Source of the DNA: Nitrospinaceae bacterium
GTDB lineage: Bacteria > Nitrospinota > Nitrospinia > Nitrospinales > Nitrospinaceae
DNA: 64,000 nucleotides
Direction: 5' to 3'
NCBI GenBank assembly: GCA_965237905.1
Contig: OZ250172.1
Location: forward strand, 32,001-96,000
Part shown: one piece after another, positions 7,391 to 16,411 of the stretch
How the letters are laid out: the number at the start of each line of letters is the position of its first letter
How positions within the stretch are numbered: position 1 is the first letter of the stretch
Translations under genes and position numbers: made by a program
Notes under the pieces: model-generated
The model's input: only the letters and a program-made list of their open reading frames with translations
Told to the model about the DNA's origin: nothing
Database searches by the model: none

Positions 7391-10219
7391 TTAATTATTG
7401 GTAATTTTGACGGTTTTGTAGAGGAAATTCTTGAAGCTCAGGAATTTTTTGTTTTCCTCGGGGTTGTTGCGGAACTGCTCCCCGCATACTCCCAGCTTGA
7501 CTGCGAGGCCGGGCAGATTGGTCTGATACCGCCTTTTGGCCATTTCAATCAAAGAGGACACGGCATCCCGTGTCAGACGTTTGCCTCGAAAAGGATGGTA
7601 AACGGACGTCCAAAAATCTCCCTGGCCCTGTTCCATAGTTTCCAGCAAGTCTCCTGCCCAATCGTTACTTTCCGTAGTCGAGGGAAGCTCCTTCGATTCC
7701 TCACCACTGGCATTTACTAAATCATCCCTGGTGATCAGAGAATTTTTGCAAAACAATAGAGCTCTCAGTAACAAATTTTTTAACTCCCGAACGTTTCCCC
7801 GGTACGTTCTATGGCTAAGAAATTGGATGGCCCCCTGATCAAAATGGGGCGGTGGGCTGTTGGAATCTTTTTTGTAGGCTTGGTGCAATCGGCCTAGAAA
7901 ATGGATGGCCAAGTCTTCAATATCTTCCTGCCGGTCATTGAGGGAAGGGATTTGAAAACCCAGTGCATTAAGTCGATGGTACAAGTCTTCGCGGAAACGG
8001 CCGGCTTCGATTTCATGTAACAGGTTTTTGTTGGTGGCGGTGATCAGAAAAATTCGCGAATAACGGGATTCATTTTCACCAAGTCGCATGAAGGCACCGG
8101 TATCCAGAAACCGTAAGAGTTGCACCTGTGTTTTGGGATCGGCATCGCCAATTTCATCGAGGAAGACGATCCCGCCGTCGGCCTCCTCCAAAATTCCTTT
8201 TCGGTTCGATTCCGCCCCGGTGAACGCTCCCTTTTTGTGGCCGAACAGTTCGCTGTAGGTCAAGTCCCCGCTGTAAGCGGCGATATTGGTTTTCCGCAAG
8301 TGCAGTTCGCAATGATCTCCCCGGTTGGCCCGGAAAATTTCCAGAAGGCGCGAATAAATAGTGTTGAAGAAAAACTCCTTGCCGCTCCCTGTGGGGCCGG
8401 TGATGAGTAGAGAAGGGATGCCCATGACCGCCTCCAGTTGTTGTCCTCGGTCCCAGTGGAGCATGCGGTGACTGATCGAATCCACCACCGTATTGATCTG
8501 CTTGACCAGATTGTGAATCTTCCGGCTTTTGCCGATGACGTTGCCGAGGTAATACGAAGAAACTTTGGGATCGCGGTATTCAATTTCCTCACGCAGGACG
8601 GACATTTCCGCCCGCACGTTTTCTATTTGCTTCAGGTGGTACACTTTTTGCCCGATCAAGCTGGCGATGATCTGTAGGATTTTTTTGTGCTCTTCCTTGA
8701 AATAATTCATCTTGAAACTGTCTTGGTTGATCACTCCCAGAACGTTGTTTTCATAAATGATGGGTACCGCCAACTCGGCGCGGATGGCCGACGATAGGTT
8801 TTTGTAAAACCCCTGGGTCAGATTGGCATTGGTTACATCAGAGAACAGGACGGGACGGGCGGTATGTGCGCAATACCCGTTGACCGATTTCATCTCGTCC
8901 GGAAGATCATTACCTCCCACCCGCAGGGGAGAAATCTTGCTCTTTTTCCAGTCGCGTGATTTAGCTCCAACCAGCTCACCTTGATCGTCCTCGACCACCA
9001 GCCAGGGTTTATCGTCGATCATTTTCAAGAGAGAAATGGTGCCGCAATCCGCTCCGAGTAATTCCGAGGTTTTGCCCAGAATGTTTTGCAGGAACGATTG
9101 CAGGGAACTGTTTTGATCGGACAGCAGTCCTTCGATTTCGCTCAGTACCTGAATTTCAATATGAGCGTGGCTTTCTTCCAGAATCAGGTTTTCCACCATG
9201 GATGCGTGTTGCTGGAGCAGGGCTTTTTCAAAAGAGGTGAACTCGTAAGGCTCACTGGTGTAGTAATTGACGGCGCAGATGAATTTCCCCGTTTTAGAGT
9301 CGTATTTGGGAACCTGATAGAGAGACACCAGATTGATCTGGCTGGCGATATCTTTTCTTGGAAATTGTTCCTCCATGACGTTTTCATGAAAGACCGATCC
9401 CTGCTGAAGGTCTTTCATCACCAGACCTTTGTCCGGAGCAAATTGGATAATCCGGTTGATCAGATTGTGACCGTCCAGCACGCGGATCTGTTCCTTGTTG
9501 TTATAAATACTCGCGTGTTCAAATTTTTGCGAATAGACGGCGAGAATTTCAACCAGATCGGAAGGACTTCCACTCTTTTGAGGAGGTTGGGTTTGGGACA
9601 CCGGAACCAGAACCGAAGCCAGTGTGAGATTTTCAATCAGGTTCATCGCTGATCGCATCATCAGCCAGGCGCCGTCTTTTTTTCGGGCCGTATCCAGATG
9701 CCGGGAAAATGAAATATTCTGATGGTAACGCTTGGCCTTTTCGATGATAGGGCTGTTCTCTCCCAGGAAACGGGTGATATCTTCAATGGCTTCGGAAGTT
9801 AAAAATTTGCCTTCCTTGTTCCAGTCCAGGCTCAGGGTGCCGATGGGCCGCATCTGGTACGTGATAGGGAAAACAGCAGTACTTTTGATATTGGAAAGCG
9901 CTTCCAGTGGATTACGAAAACTGGAGAAGCCGCCTGGAATATCCCAGGAAACCACTACCGAATTTTCATAGAAGGCTTTCGAGGTGATGGATTCTTTGGG
10001 CGAAATGTATTTGGTGATGCGGTGCTGGTCGGGCTGATTTTGGCCGGTGACGTAATGGCAGATCAGCATACCCTCATACAGATCCTCTAGATATATGCGG
10101 ACCGAATCACAGCGATAGGTGTTCTTCAAATCGGTGGCCAACAAATGCAGGATTTCCGAAAGATTTTCCTTTTCGAAACTGGATAAGGTCTGGCCTAATT
10201 TTTGGAGATTAGTCGTCAT
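7391..10219 (-). CDS. Sigma54-dependent enhancer-binding protein with multiple N-terminal GAF domains
   Basis: GPTGSGKE, SELFGHKKGAFTGA, FLDEIGD, FREDLYHRLN, YRGNVRELKN; GAF-like AELAVPII..VLGVIN and TAVFPI..PIGTLSL. Confidence 0.9.
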   Translation of the reverse strand: MTTNLQKLGQTLSSFEKENLSEILHLLATDLKNTYRCDSVRIYLEDLYEGMLICHYVTGQNQPDQHRITKYISPKESITSKAFYENSVVVSWDIPGGFSSFRNPLEALSNIKSTAVFPITYQMRPIGTLSLDWNKEGKFLTSEAIEDITRFLGENSPIIEKAKRYHQNISFSRHLDTARKKDGAWLMMRSAMNLIENLTLASVLVPVSQTQPPQKSGSPSDLVEILAVYSQKFEHASIYNNKEQIRVLDGHNLINRIIQFAPDKGLVMKDLQQGSVFHENVMEEQFPRKDIASQINLVSLYQVPKYDSKTGKFICAVNYYTSEPYEFTSFEKALLQQHASMVENLILEESHAHIEIQVLSEIEGLLSDQNSSLQSFLQNILGKTSELLGADCGTISLLKMIDDKPWLVVEDDQGELVGAKSRDWKKSKISPLRVGGNDLPDEMKSVNGYCAHTARPVLFSDVTNANLTQGFYKNLSSAIRAELAVPIIYENNVLGVINQDSFKMNYFKEEHKKILQIIASLIGQKVYHLKQIENVRAEMSVLREEIEYRDPKVSSYYLGNVIGKSRKIHNLVKQINTVVDSISHRMLHWDRGQQLEAVMGIPSLLITGPTGSGKEFFFNTIYSRLLEIFRANRGDHCELHLRKTNIAAYSGDLTYSELFGHKKGAFTGAESNRKGILEEADGGIVFLDEIGDADPKTQVQLLRFLDTGAFMRLGENESRYSRIFLITATNKNLLHEIEAGRFREDLYHRLNALGFQIPSLNDRQEDIEDLAIHFLGRLHQAYKKDSNSPPPHFDQGAIQFLSHRTYRGNVRELKNLLLRALLFCKNSLITRDDLVNASGEESKELPSTTESNDWAGDLLETMEQGQGDFWTSVYHPFRGKRLTRDAVSSLIEMAKRRYQTNLPGLAVKLGVCGEQFRNNPEENKKFLSFKNFLYKTVKITNN

Positions 10220-10415
10220 CGGGGTAATCCAAGTGAGTAAAAAAACTACACAATTTTACCTTTTTAGAGCAACAATGGCAATAGATCAAAATTAGAGATC
10301 CTATCTGCTTGCGTCAAAAACTCGGTGAGTGAGGCGGTAATTTTTGCCCGGTTGTCAAAATACGGGTCGATGGAATTCACAGCTCATCATTTTTGAAATC
10401 CATCAATATGCATAA

Positions 10416-10428
10416 AATCAATAAGTTA
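10416..10428 (+). promoter_or_regulatory. IHF binding site
   Basis: AATCAATAAGTTA matches WATCAANNNNTTR, about 40 nt upstream of a -24/-12 promoter. Confidence 0.65.
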
Positions 10429-10464
10429 TAAGATATGATTTTTGATTTATGAGTCGGGCTGTCT

Positions 10465-10480
10465 TGGCATAAGATTTGCT
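10465..10480 (+). promoter_or_regulatory. Sigma54 (-24/-12) promoter of flgB
   Basis: TGGCATAAGATTTGCT, GG-N10-GC. Confidence 0.85.
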
Positions 10481-10504
10481 CTTTAAATGGTTTAGGAGCT
10501 TATT

Positions 10505-10930
10505 ATGCTAATCGACCGCTTACTATTTGCCGATAAAACGCCGTTAGTATTGAAAAAAGCGCTGGATTCTCAATCTCAACGCCACTTGCTGATTTCCAGT
10601 AATATCAGCAATATCGATACACCGGGTTATCAGGCCAAGGATATTGATTTTAAAGGGGCGCTGAGAGCCGCTCTGGGAGCGGGTGATGGCTTGGCACTGC
10701 GTACCACTCACAGCAGTCATATTGGACCCAATAAGAATGATATCAAGGGATTGCAGGCGGAACCCTTTGTTGAAGCGGATGCCGCCAAATCCAACGGTAA
10801 CAACGTCAATATCGACAAGGAAATGATGAAGCTGGCCGAGAATCAAATTTCCTATAACGCCACCATTCAAATGATGGCTAAGCGGGGATCTACGATAAGG
10901 GCCGCGATCACTGAAAATGCCCAGGGGTAA
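10505..10930 (+). CDS. flgB: Flagellar basal-body rod protein FlgB
   Basis: SNISNIDTPGYQAKDIDF, TTHSSHI, NGNNVNIDKEM; SD AGGAG. Confidence 0.95.
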   Translation: MLIDRLLFADKTPLVLKKALDSQSQRHLLISSNISNIDTPGYQAKDIDFKGALRAALGAGDGLALRTTHSSHIGPNKNDIKGLQAEPFVEADAAKSNGNNVNIDKEMMKLAENQISYNATIQMMAKRGSTIRAAITENAQG

Positions 10931-10953
10931 AGGTTTTGGAGAATCCGAGATTG

Positions 10954-10982
10954 TTGACAAAGCACCGCAATCGCAGTAACTT
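10954..10982 (+). promoter_or_regulatory. Putative sigma70 promoter between flgB and fliE
   Basis: TTGACA-N17-TAACTT. Confidence 0.5.
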
Positions 10983-10994
10983 AAGAGTACTAAC

Positions 10995-11327
10995 TTGAGT
11001 GGAATGATGGAAGATATAACAGTTAAAACACAATTGAAGACTGCCCTCAATCCGGGCTTGTCCCCTGCCGATGGCAAGATTGGTCCCAATCAAACGGGGG
11101 AAGCCGGACCGTCCTTTGCAGACACCCTGGCCAAATCGATCGAGGAGGTCAACCATCTGCAGAAAGAGGCGGACCAGGCAATCGAGAAGCTGGCTTCCGG
11201 TGAATCGCAAAATGTCCACGGCGCCATGCTGGCGGTGAACAAGGCGGATACCGCCTTTCGCATGACCATGCAGGTACGGAATAAAATCGTGGAAGCTTAT
11301 CAAGAGGTCATGCGGATGCAGGTTTAA
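10995..11327 (+). CDS. fliE: Flagellar hook-basal body protein FliE (start possibly 11004/11007)
   Basis: SFADTL..SIEEVNHLQ, QVRNKIVEAYQEVMRMQV. Confidence 0.95.
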   Translation: MSGMMEDITVKTQLKTALNPGLSPADGKIGPNQTGEAGPSFADTLAKSIEEVNHLQKEADQAIEKLASGESQNVHGAMLAVNKADTAFRMTMQVRNKIVEAYQEVMRMQV

Positions 11328-11356
11328 TCATCTTCCGGTTTCAAGGTTGATTTCTT

Positions 11357-11386
11357 TCCCTCGGAGTTTTCCGGGGGATTTTTTTT
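11357..11386 (+). terminator. Intrinsic terminator after fliE
   Basis: TCCCTCGGA-gttt-TCCGGGGGA followed by T8. Confidence 0.75.
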
Positions 11387-11687
11387 GCCCCGGGCCACGC
11401 CCGGGGGAAAATGAGCAAAAGCATTTGGATGCGTCTGTAAAATTGTCGTCGCCAACCGAGGTTTTTAAATTCGCCCCGCGCGGAGCGGGCGGCGCAGGGC
11501 CAATTTCGCCGGGGCATCAGGGGGCGATCTACGGGTTGCTTTCGCCAGCCAAGGTTTCAAAGTTACCTGCGAAGGTACTCCGCCCGGTTGACAAGATGGG
11601 TCAATTGGAGGATATTTATCTTCAGAATACTGGATACGAAAGTAAAAACTTGGTTTGATCCAACAGGAATTGGATCATGGAGGCTTT

Positions 11688-12098
11688 ATGAAACGCGTCA
11701 CCGGTTACATCTTTTTGATAGGATTGTTCGCCTTGCTGGGCTCCAACCCGGTATGGGCGCAGGCGGGCGGCCATGCCAGTGTCGGTCTGGGGCATGGCGA
11801 AGAGGGGTATTTGCACCTTCAGGAAATGGTCAAACACTTTGAATTCAGTTTGAAGATGAACGATGCTTCTCCCGAGCTAAAAATACACGGGGCTGAAGCG
11901 CTGAAGCACGCCCGGCAAGCTCTCAAACATTATAATGAAGCATTGACCCATGCTTCGGAATCGCTGGGACGCCCCGCTGGAAATCCTATGATGGGTGGCG
12001 GTTCGGGCGGTGACCACAGGGATGAAGGGTCGGATCATGATCAAGGTCCAGGGGGGGCCTATGGTAGACCCGGAATGCCGGAAGGTTCCCAGCATTAA
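11688..12098 (+). CDS. smbP: SmbP-like small periplasmic His-rich metal-binding protein
   Basis: SD GGAGG, signal peptide ending VWA, His every 7 residues (HGAEALKHARQALKHYNEALTHA). Confidence 0.65.
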   Translation: MKRVTGYIFLIGLFALLGSNPVWAQAGGHASVGLGHGEEGYLHLQEMVKHFEFSLKMNDASPELKIHGAEALKHARQALKHYNEALTHASESLGRPAGNPMMGGGSGGDHRDEGSDHDQGPGGAYGRPGMPEGSQH

Positions 12099-12123
12099 CT
12101 TTTGATCTTGGAAGTTTGCGGAT

Positions 12124-13068
12124 TTAGGACTCGATCGGCAGTTTTGGGTTGTGGCTCCAATCCCACCACGATCCGTCATAATTTCGCACCTTATACCCGA
12201 GATGGCGGAAAACGAAATAAGCCATCGCCGACCTCACCCCTCCCGTACAGTAAACTACGATTTCCTGGCTGGATTGAATGCCCTTGGATTTTAAAAGGGA
12301 GTCCAGTGCCTCACGCGGTTTCAAATTGCCATCCGATTTGAAAAATTCCCGCCAATCGATATGGAGCGCCCCGGGAATATGGCCTCCCCGGGATGAACCG
12401 TAGGGCGTCGCCCCATCAAATTCACGTTTTTCCCGATTGTCAATCAGGGCCATATTCTGTGAGCCTAATCGTGAGGCGATCCAGCTTTGATCCGCCAGGA
12501 CATCCCGGTTGAAATTGATATCGGATGTTTCCAACGCAGAGGGTTTGGGAGTCTGTCCGAAGCCCCGCTTTTTGGAAAACCCGGCTTTTTCCCAATTTTG
12601 GAATCCTCCTTTCAACAGAGCCACCCGCTTGAATCCATAAAACTCGAACATCCAGAAAAAACGGCCATCGGTGCGCCATTTATCGGACAAATCTCCATAG
12701 ATGATAATGGTTTTCTGAGGGTCGATACTGAGAGAACGCAACTTCCGAACGATAAACTCTTTGTCCTGATTGATTTGGCCCATAACCCCGTTGGATTTAA
12801 CTGTAAACTCTTTCCAGTTGCTTAAATTTATGGCTCCAGGAATATGTCCCAGCAGATATTTCCAGGACGGCCGGGTGTCGATCAAAACCCGTTCGTTTAT
12901 GGACAAGGACTGGACTTGCTCCGGAGTGATAAGCAGTTCAAAATCAGGGGTAGAAAGGGCAGGGTGGGGTACCCCAAAGATCCCGAATGCAAGGATAGAA
13001 ACCCTTAATAAAGCGGCCTTTATTTTCCTTGACAAAATGCAGTTTGGACTTGTAATATCATGCTTCAT
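12124..13068 (-). CDS. Two-domain rhodanese/sulfurtransferase, probably exported
   Basis: GHIPGA twice, active loop YCTGGVRS, NYDGSWWDWS; N-terminal hydrophobic segment. Confidence 0.88.
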   Translation of the reverse strand: MKHDITSPNCILSRKIKAALLRVSILAFGIFGVPHPALSTPDFELLITPEQVQSLSINERVLIDTRPSWKYLLGHIPGAINLSNWKEFTVKSNGVMGQINQDKEFIVRKLRSLSIDPQKTIIIYGDLSDKWRTDGRFFWMFEFYGFKRVALLKGGFQNWEKAGFSKKRGFGQTPKPSALETSDINFNRDVLADQSWIASRLGSQNMALIDNREKREFDGATPYGSSRGGHIPGALHIDWREFFKSDGNLKPREALDSLLKSKGIQSSQEIVVYCTGGVRSAMAYFVFRHLGYKVRNYDGSWWDWSHNPKLPIES

Positions 13069-13338
13069 TTTTTGACCTAAGGCCTTTTAAATGCGATGTT
13101 TTTTGGTAAATACTCCGATTTTCCCGGTCCCCAAAAACTCACCAATTTTTTGCTAAGAGACTGATTTGCAGGGATGGCCGGTCGAAGTTGTAAAATACCA
13201 TCATTATAAGGACGTTTTAAAAAGAATCTGGATTCAAAAATCTTTTCTTTCCTGTAGTACACTGGCGGTCTTGGGAATCGATTTGATTAATTTAAGTGTA
13301 TACAATATATTGCCAAAAGTCAGTATTATGAGGGAGCT

Positions 13339-14166
13339 ATGACGAACGAACAGGATAATGACAAACAGAACCCGTCTCCTAAGGACCGGTTGGAACAGAT
13401 CAAACAAGAGGCGCAGGAAGACGCCAGCTCCTATTATGATCAGGGTAAATCGAAAGATGATGCTGTGACAGAAGAAGATTTTACCAAGCCGGTCCCTCCA
13501 GTGAACGAGGAAAAAGAGGACATGAATATGATGAAAGCCCTGGCGTATCTGGGATTTGGTATGGGGGCTTTGGCGATCATCGTCATCGTGTTTTTTCTCC
13601 GCAACCTGGACCACAAAGTGGGTGATATGGATACCGCGGTTGGGACGTTGGAAGAAAAATTCGGTCCCCTCAAACTGGAGGTGGATGAAAAGCTGGCCAA
13701 GGTCAATGCTGATGTTTCGCAATTACAAGACCGGTTTGGGAATTATGAACGGCAGGCGGCAGTCACAGAATTGAAAAGGGCGTTGGTGGCCATTCAGACA
13801 GTCACGGAAAATACGAACCCGGAGGTTCAAGTGAAATCGGATCAAGTGATCGCAAGTATAGAAAACCTTCTGCGTGAATTGGGTTCCGGACCTCCCGGCG
13901 CGTCTCCGGCCCCCGGATCGGTTGCTCCGACTTCTGCGCCTGCATCGTCTGCACCCGCTTCGGAAGAAAAACCGTTTGAGATTATCCTGGAGCAACCTGC
14001 CCCCGCTCCCATGGCGGAAGCTCATCCTCCGGAAGAACCGGTTGCTGAAGCAGCTCCAGCCGAGCCAGCAGAAGAATCGGCCCCTGCGGCTAAAGAACCT
14101 GCCGCCGAAGCCAGCGGTGGAGATGACGATGAGTCCGACGATGAAGAGGATGAAGAGGACGAATAA
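13339..14166 (+). CDS. Hypothetical single-TM coiled-coil protein with Pro/Ala linker and acidic tail
   Basis: SD GGGAG; one TM helix; ends GGDDDESDDEEDEEDE. Confidence 0.75.
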   Translation: MTNEQDNDKQNPSPKDRLEQIKQEAQEDASSYYDQGKSKDDAVTEEDFTKPVPPVNEEKEDMNMMKALAYLGFGMGALAIIVIVFFLRNLDHKVGDMDTAVGTLEEKFGPLKLEVDEKLAKVNADVSQLQDRFGNYERQAAVTELKRALVAIQTVTENTNPEVQVKSDQVIASIENLLRELGSGPPGASPAPGSVAPTSAPASSAPASEEKPFEIILEQPAPAPMAEAHPPEEPVAEAAPAEPAEESAPAAKEPAAEASGGDDDESDDEEDEEDE

Positions 14167-14182
14167 GTTTTACTGAATTCCT

Positions 14183-14217
14183 GGCCTGGGACCTTGCAAG
14201 GGTCTCAGGCCTTATTT
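14183..14217 (+). terminator. Putative intrinsic terminator
   Basis: GGCCTGGGACC...GGTCTCAGGCC followed by TTATTT. Confidence 0.6.
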
Positions 14218-14244
14218 GTTTGAACGGCTTTGGAAAATGACATC

Positions 14245-14559
14245 ATGCCTGTAAAATTTATCATATTTATTATTCTGTCCATTATCGTGGCTATTTTTGC
14301 CGTTAAAAACATGGATATGGTGGAGGTCAGTTTTTATGACTTCAGTCTGAATTCCCATGATTACCCTGTTCCTCTCCTGGTCGTGATTGTAGTGTCATTG
14401 GGTTTTGGTTTTTTTCTTGCGTGGATAGACGGGTGGGTGGCCAAAATGAAATTGAAATCCATCATTCGCCAAAACAATAGAACGATTGAGTCCCTCGATG
14501 AGGAATTGAGGAAATACAGAAAACCTTCCTTACCTGAATATACCGAATCTGAAAAATAG
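14245..14559 (+). CDS. LapA/DUF1049-family membrane protein
   Basis: AIFAVKNMDMVEVSF...VPLLVVIVVSLGFGF, then a basic coiled coil. Confidence 0.75.
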   Translation: MPVKFIIFIILSIIVAIFAVKNMDMVEVSFYDFSLNSHDYPVPLLVVIVVSLGFGFFLAWIDGWVAKMKLKSIIRQNNRTIESLDEELRKYRKPSLPEYTESEK

Positions 14560-14594
14560 TTTTTCACCTTTGTCTATGTTCGACCGATAGTTTT

Positions 14595-15359
14595 ATGCAT
14601 CCACAATTTTTATCCCCACAACAACTCCATGATTTTGAACGTGACGGGTTTCTTTTGATCCGCAAACCGGTTGAGTCAAAAGAGATCAATCAAGTTGTTT
14701 CCTGGGTGAATGAAGTCCAGGACTACCCGGAAGTTCCCGGAAAATACATGATGTACTTTGAGAAGAGTCTTTTGGAGTCCGAAAAGCGGATTCTTCAACG
14801 CATGGAGAATGTGTACGAGTATCATGAAGGCTTCAAAGGCTTGTTTGACAGTGATTGGTTGAAGGGCGTGGTTTCGGATTTGTTTCGTGAGTCTGCCGTG
14901 TTGTTTAAGGACAAGATCAATTTCAAGCTTCCGGGGGGTGGCGGGTTTGATTGGCATCAGGACCAACAGGCAGGGTGGTGGGTCTATGCGCCAATTTTCA
15001 TCACCGCGCTTATTTGTATCGATCCGGTCACTCCCGAAAACGGCCCCCTCGAGCTTTCTGCCGGACAACACAAGCAGGGATTGATGGGTAAGGAGTGGGA
15101 ACCGCTGAATGATGACAATATGAAAGAAATGAAGTTTGAGCCCATGATGCTGGAACCGGGAGACATGGTGTTTTTCGACTCATTCGTTCCCCACGGGTCC
15201 GGTTCCAACATGACCGATCAACCCCGGCGGGTTCTTTACATCACCTATAACAAGCTTTCGGAAGGCGATCACCGGAAGCAGTATTACGCGGACAAGCGTA
15301 AAAGCTTTCCTCCTGATTGCGAACGCGATCCCAAAAAGGAATATAAGTTTCGAGTTTAG
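14595..15359 (+). CDS. Fe(II)/2-oxoglutarate dioxygenase, PhyH family (PhnY-like)
   Basis: LFKDKINFKLPGGGGF.WHQD, PGDMVFFDSFVPH.S..N, RRVLYITYN.LSEG, DKRKSFPP..ER. Confidence 0.85.
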   Translation: MHPQFLSPQQLHDFERDGFLLIRKPVESKEINQVVSWVNEVQDYPEVPGKYMMYFEKSLLESEKRILQRMENVYEYHEGFKGLFDSDWLKGVVSDLFRESAVLFKDKINFKLPGGGGFDWHQDQQAGWWVYAPIFITALICIDPVTPENGPLELSAGQHKQGLMGKEWEPLNDDNMKEMKFEPMMLEPGDMVFFDSFVPHGSGSNMTDQPRRVLYITYNKLSEGDHRKQYYADKRKSFPPDCERDPKKEYKFRV

Positions 15360-16411
15360 AATTCCGGTTGTTGCTGTGTGACGCAGTGAATGGCCCCCAA
15401 TCCCCAAACAAACGTTTCGCAGGGAATCCCCACAATCTCTCGATCAGGAAAAAATCGTTTTAAAATGGACTCGGCAACGGCATCGTTGTGGTGATTGTAA
15501 GTGGGTAACAGGACCGCCCGATTGCCGATATAAAAATTGGCGTAACTGGCGGGCAATCGTCCCTCATCGCCTGCGATGCGGCCCGGCATCGGGAGCTTTA
15601 TAATATTCAGCGGTTTTCCACTTTCATCGCGGAACGATTCAAGAATTTGGAGGTTCTCTTGCAGGCAGGCACGGTTGGGGTCCGTTGTATCTTCCTCCCA
15701 GGCACAAAGCACCGTATCGGGATTAACAAAGCGGACCAGGTTGTCGATGTGACCGTCGGTATCGTCTCCTTCAATGTTACCCTGACACCAGATGATTTCC
15801 CGGACGCCCAGATAACGTTTCAAATAGGATTCCATCTCGGCTTTTTCGAGGCCGCCGTTCCGGTTGGGATTGAGTAAGCATTGTTCGGTGGTGATGCACA
15901 GGCCCTGGCCGTTGACCTCGATGGCGCCGCCTTCCAGGACAATCCCGGGTTCGAAGTGGGCTATTCCCAATAGATCCGCTATGGCGCCGCCCACCCGGTC
16001 ATCCAAGCCCCACTCGTATTTACCGCCCCAGGAATCGAATTTCCAGAGATTGGCTGAGGCTTCCCGTTTGCCGGAAGACGTTTCCCGAACCAGAAAATTG
16101 GGACCGTAATCACGAATCCAGGCGTCGTTAGTTGGGATAGAATAAGTTATTATATTTTTATTAGTTAGTAGACTACTCTTAATTAGTTTGTTTAGCTGAA
16201 AAGCATCCGATTCCCGGTTCACCAGAAGGTGGATCTTTTCTCCTTTGGCAAGAGCCTTGATCATCTGTACATAGACGGCCTCGATTTTTGCCATGTCCTG
16301 TCCCGGCCAGGTCTCCAGATTATGAGGCCAGGTCAGCCAGGTGGCAGAGTGGGGTTCCCATTCGGCGGGCATGCGGAAGCCGAGGTCAGCGGGATAAGAG
16401 TCAGGTTTCAT
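15356..16411 (-). CDS. aguA: Agmatine deiminase
   Basis: RMPAEWEPH, DAWIRDYGP, LEGGAIEVNG, DDTDGHID, ASYANF, GAIHCVTQQQP. Confidence 0.93.
   Translation of the reverse strand: MKPDSYPADLGFRMPAEWEPHSATWLTWPHNLETWPGQDMAKIEAVYVQMIKALAKGEKIHLLVNRESDAFQLNKLIKSSLLTNKNIITYSIPTNDAWIRDYGPNFLVRETSSGKREASANLWKFDSWGGKYEWGLDDRVGGAIADLLGIAHFEPGIVLEGGAIEVNGQGLCITTEQCLLNPNRNGGLEKAEMESYLKRYLGVREIIWCQGNIEGDDTDGHIDNLVRFVNPDTVLCAWEEDTTDPNRACLQENLQILESFRDESGKPLNIIKLPMPGRIAGDEGRLPASYANFYIGNRAVLLPTYNHHNDAVAESILKRFFPDREIVGIPCETFVWGLGAIHCVTQQQPEF

Noticed and set aside
11347..11658. 103-aa ORF after fliE
   Set aside because: Starts within a terminator region, has a TTG start without RBS and no protein-like features.
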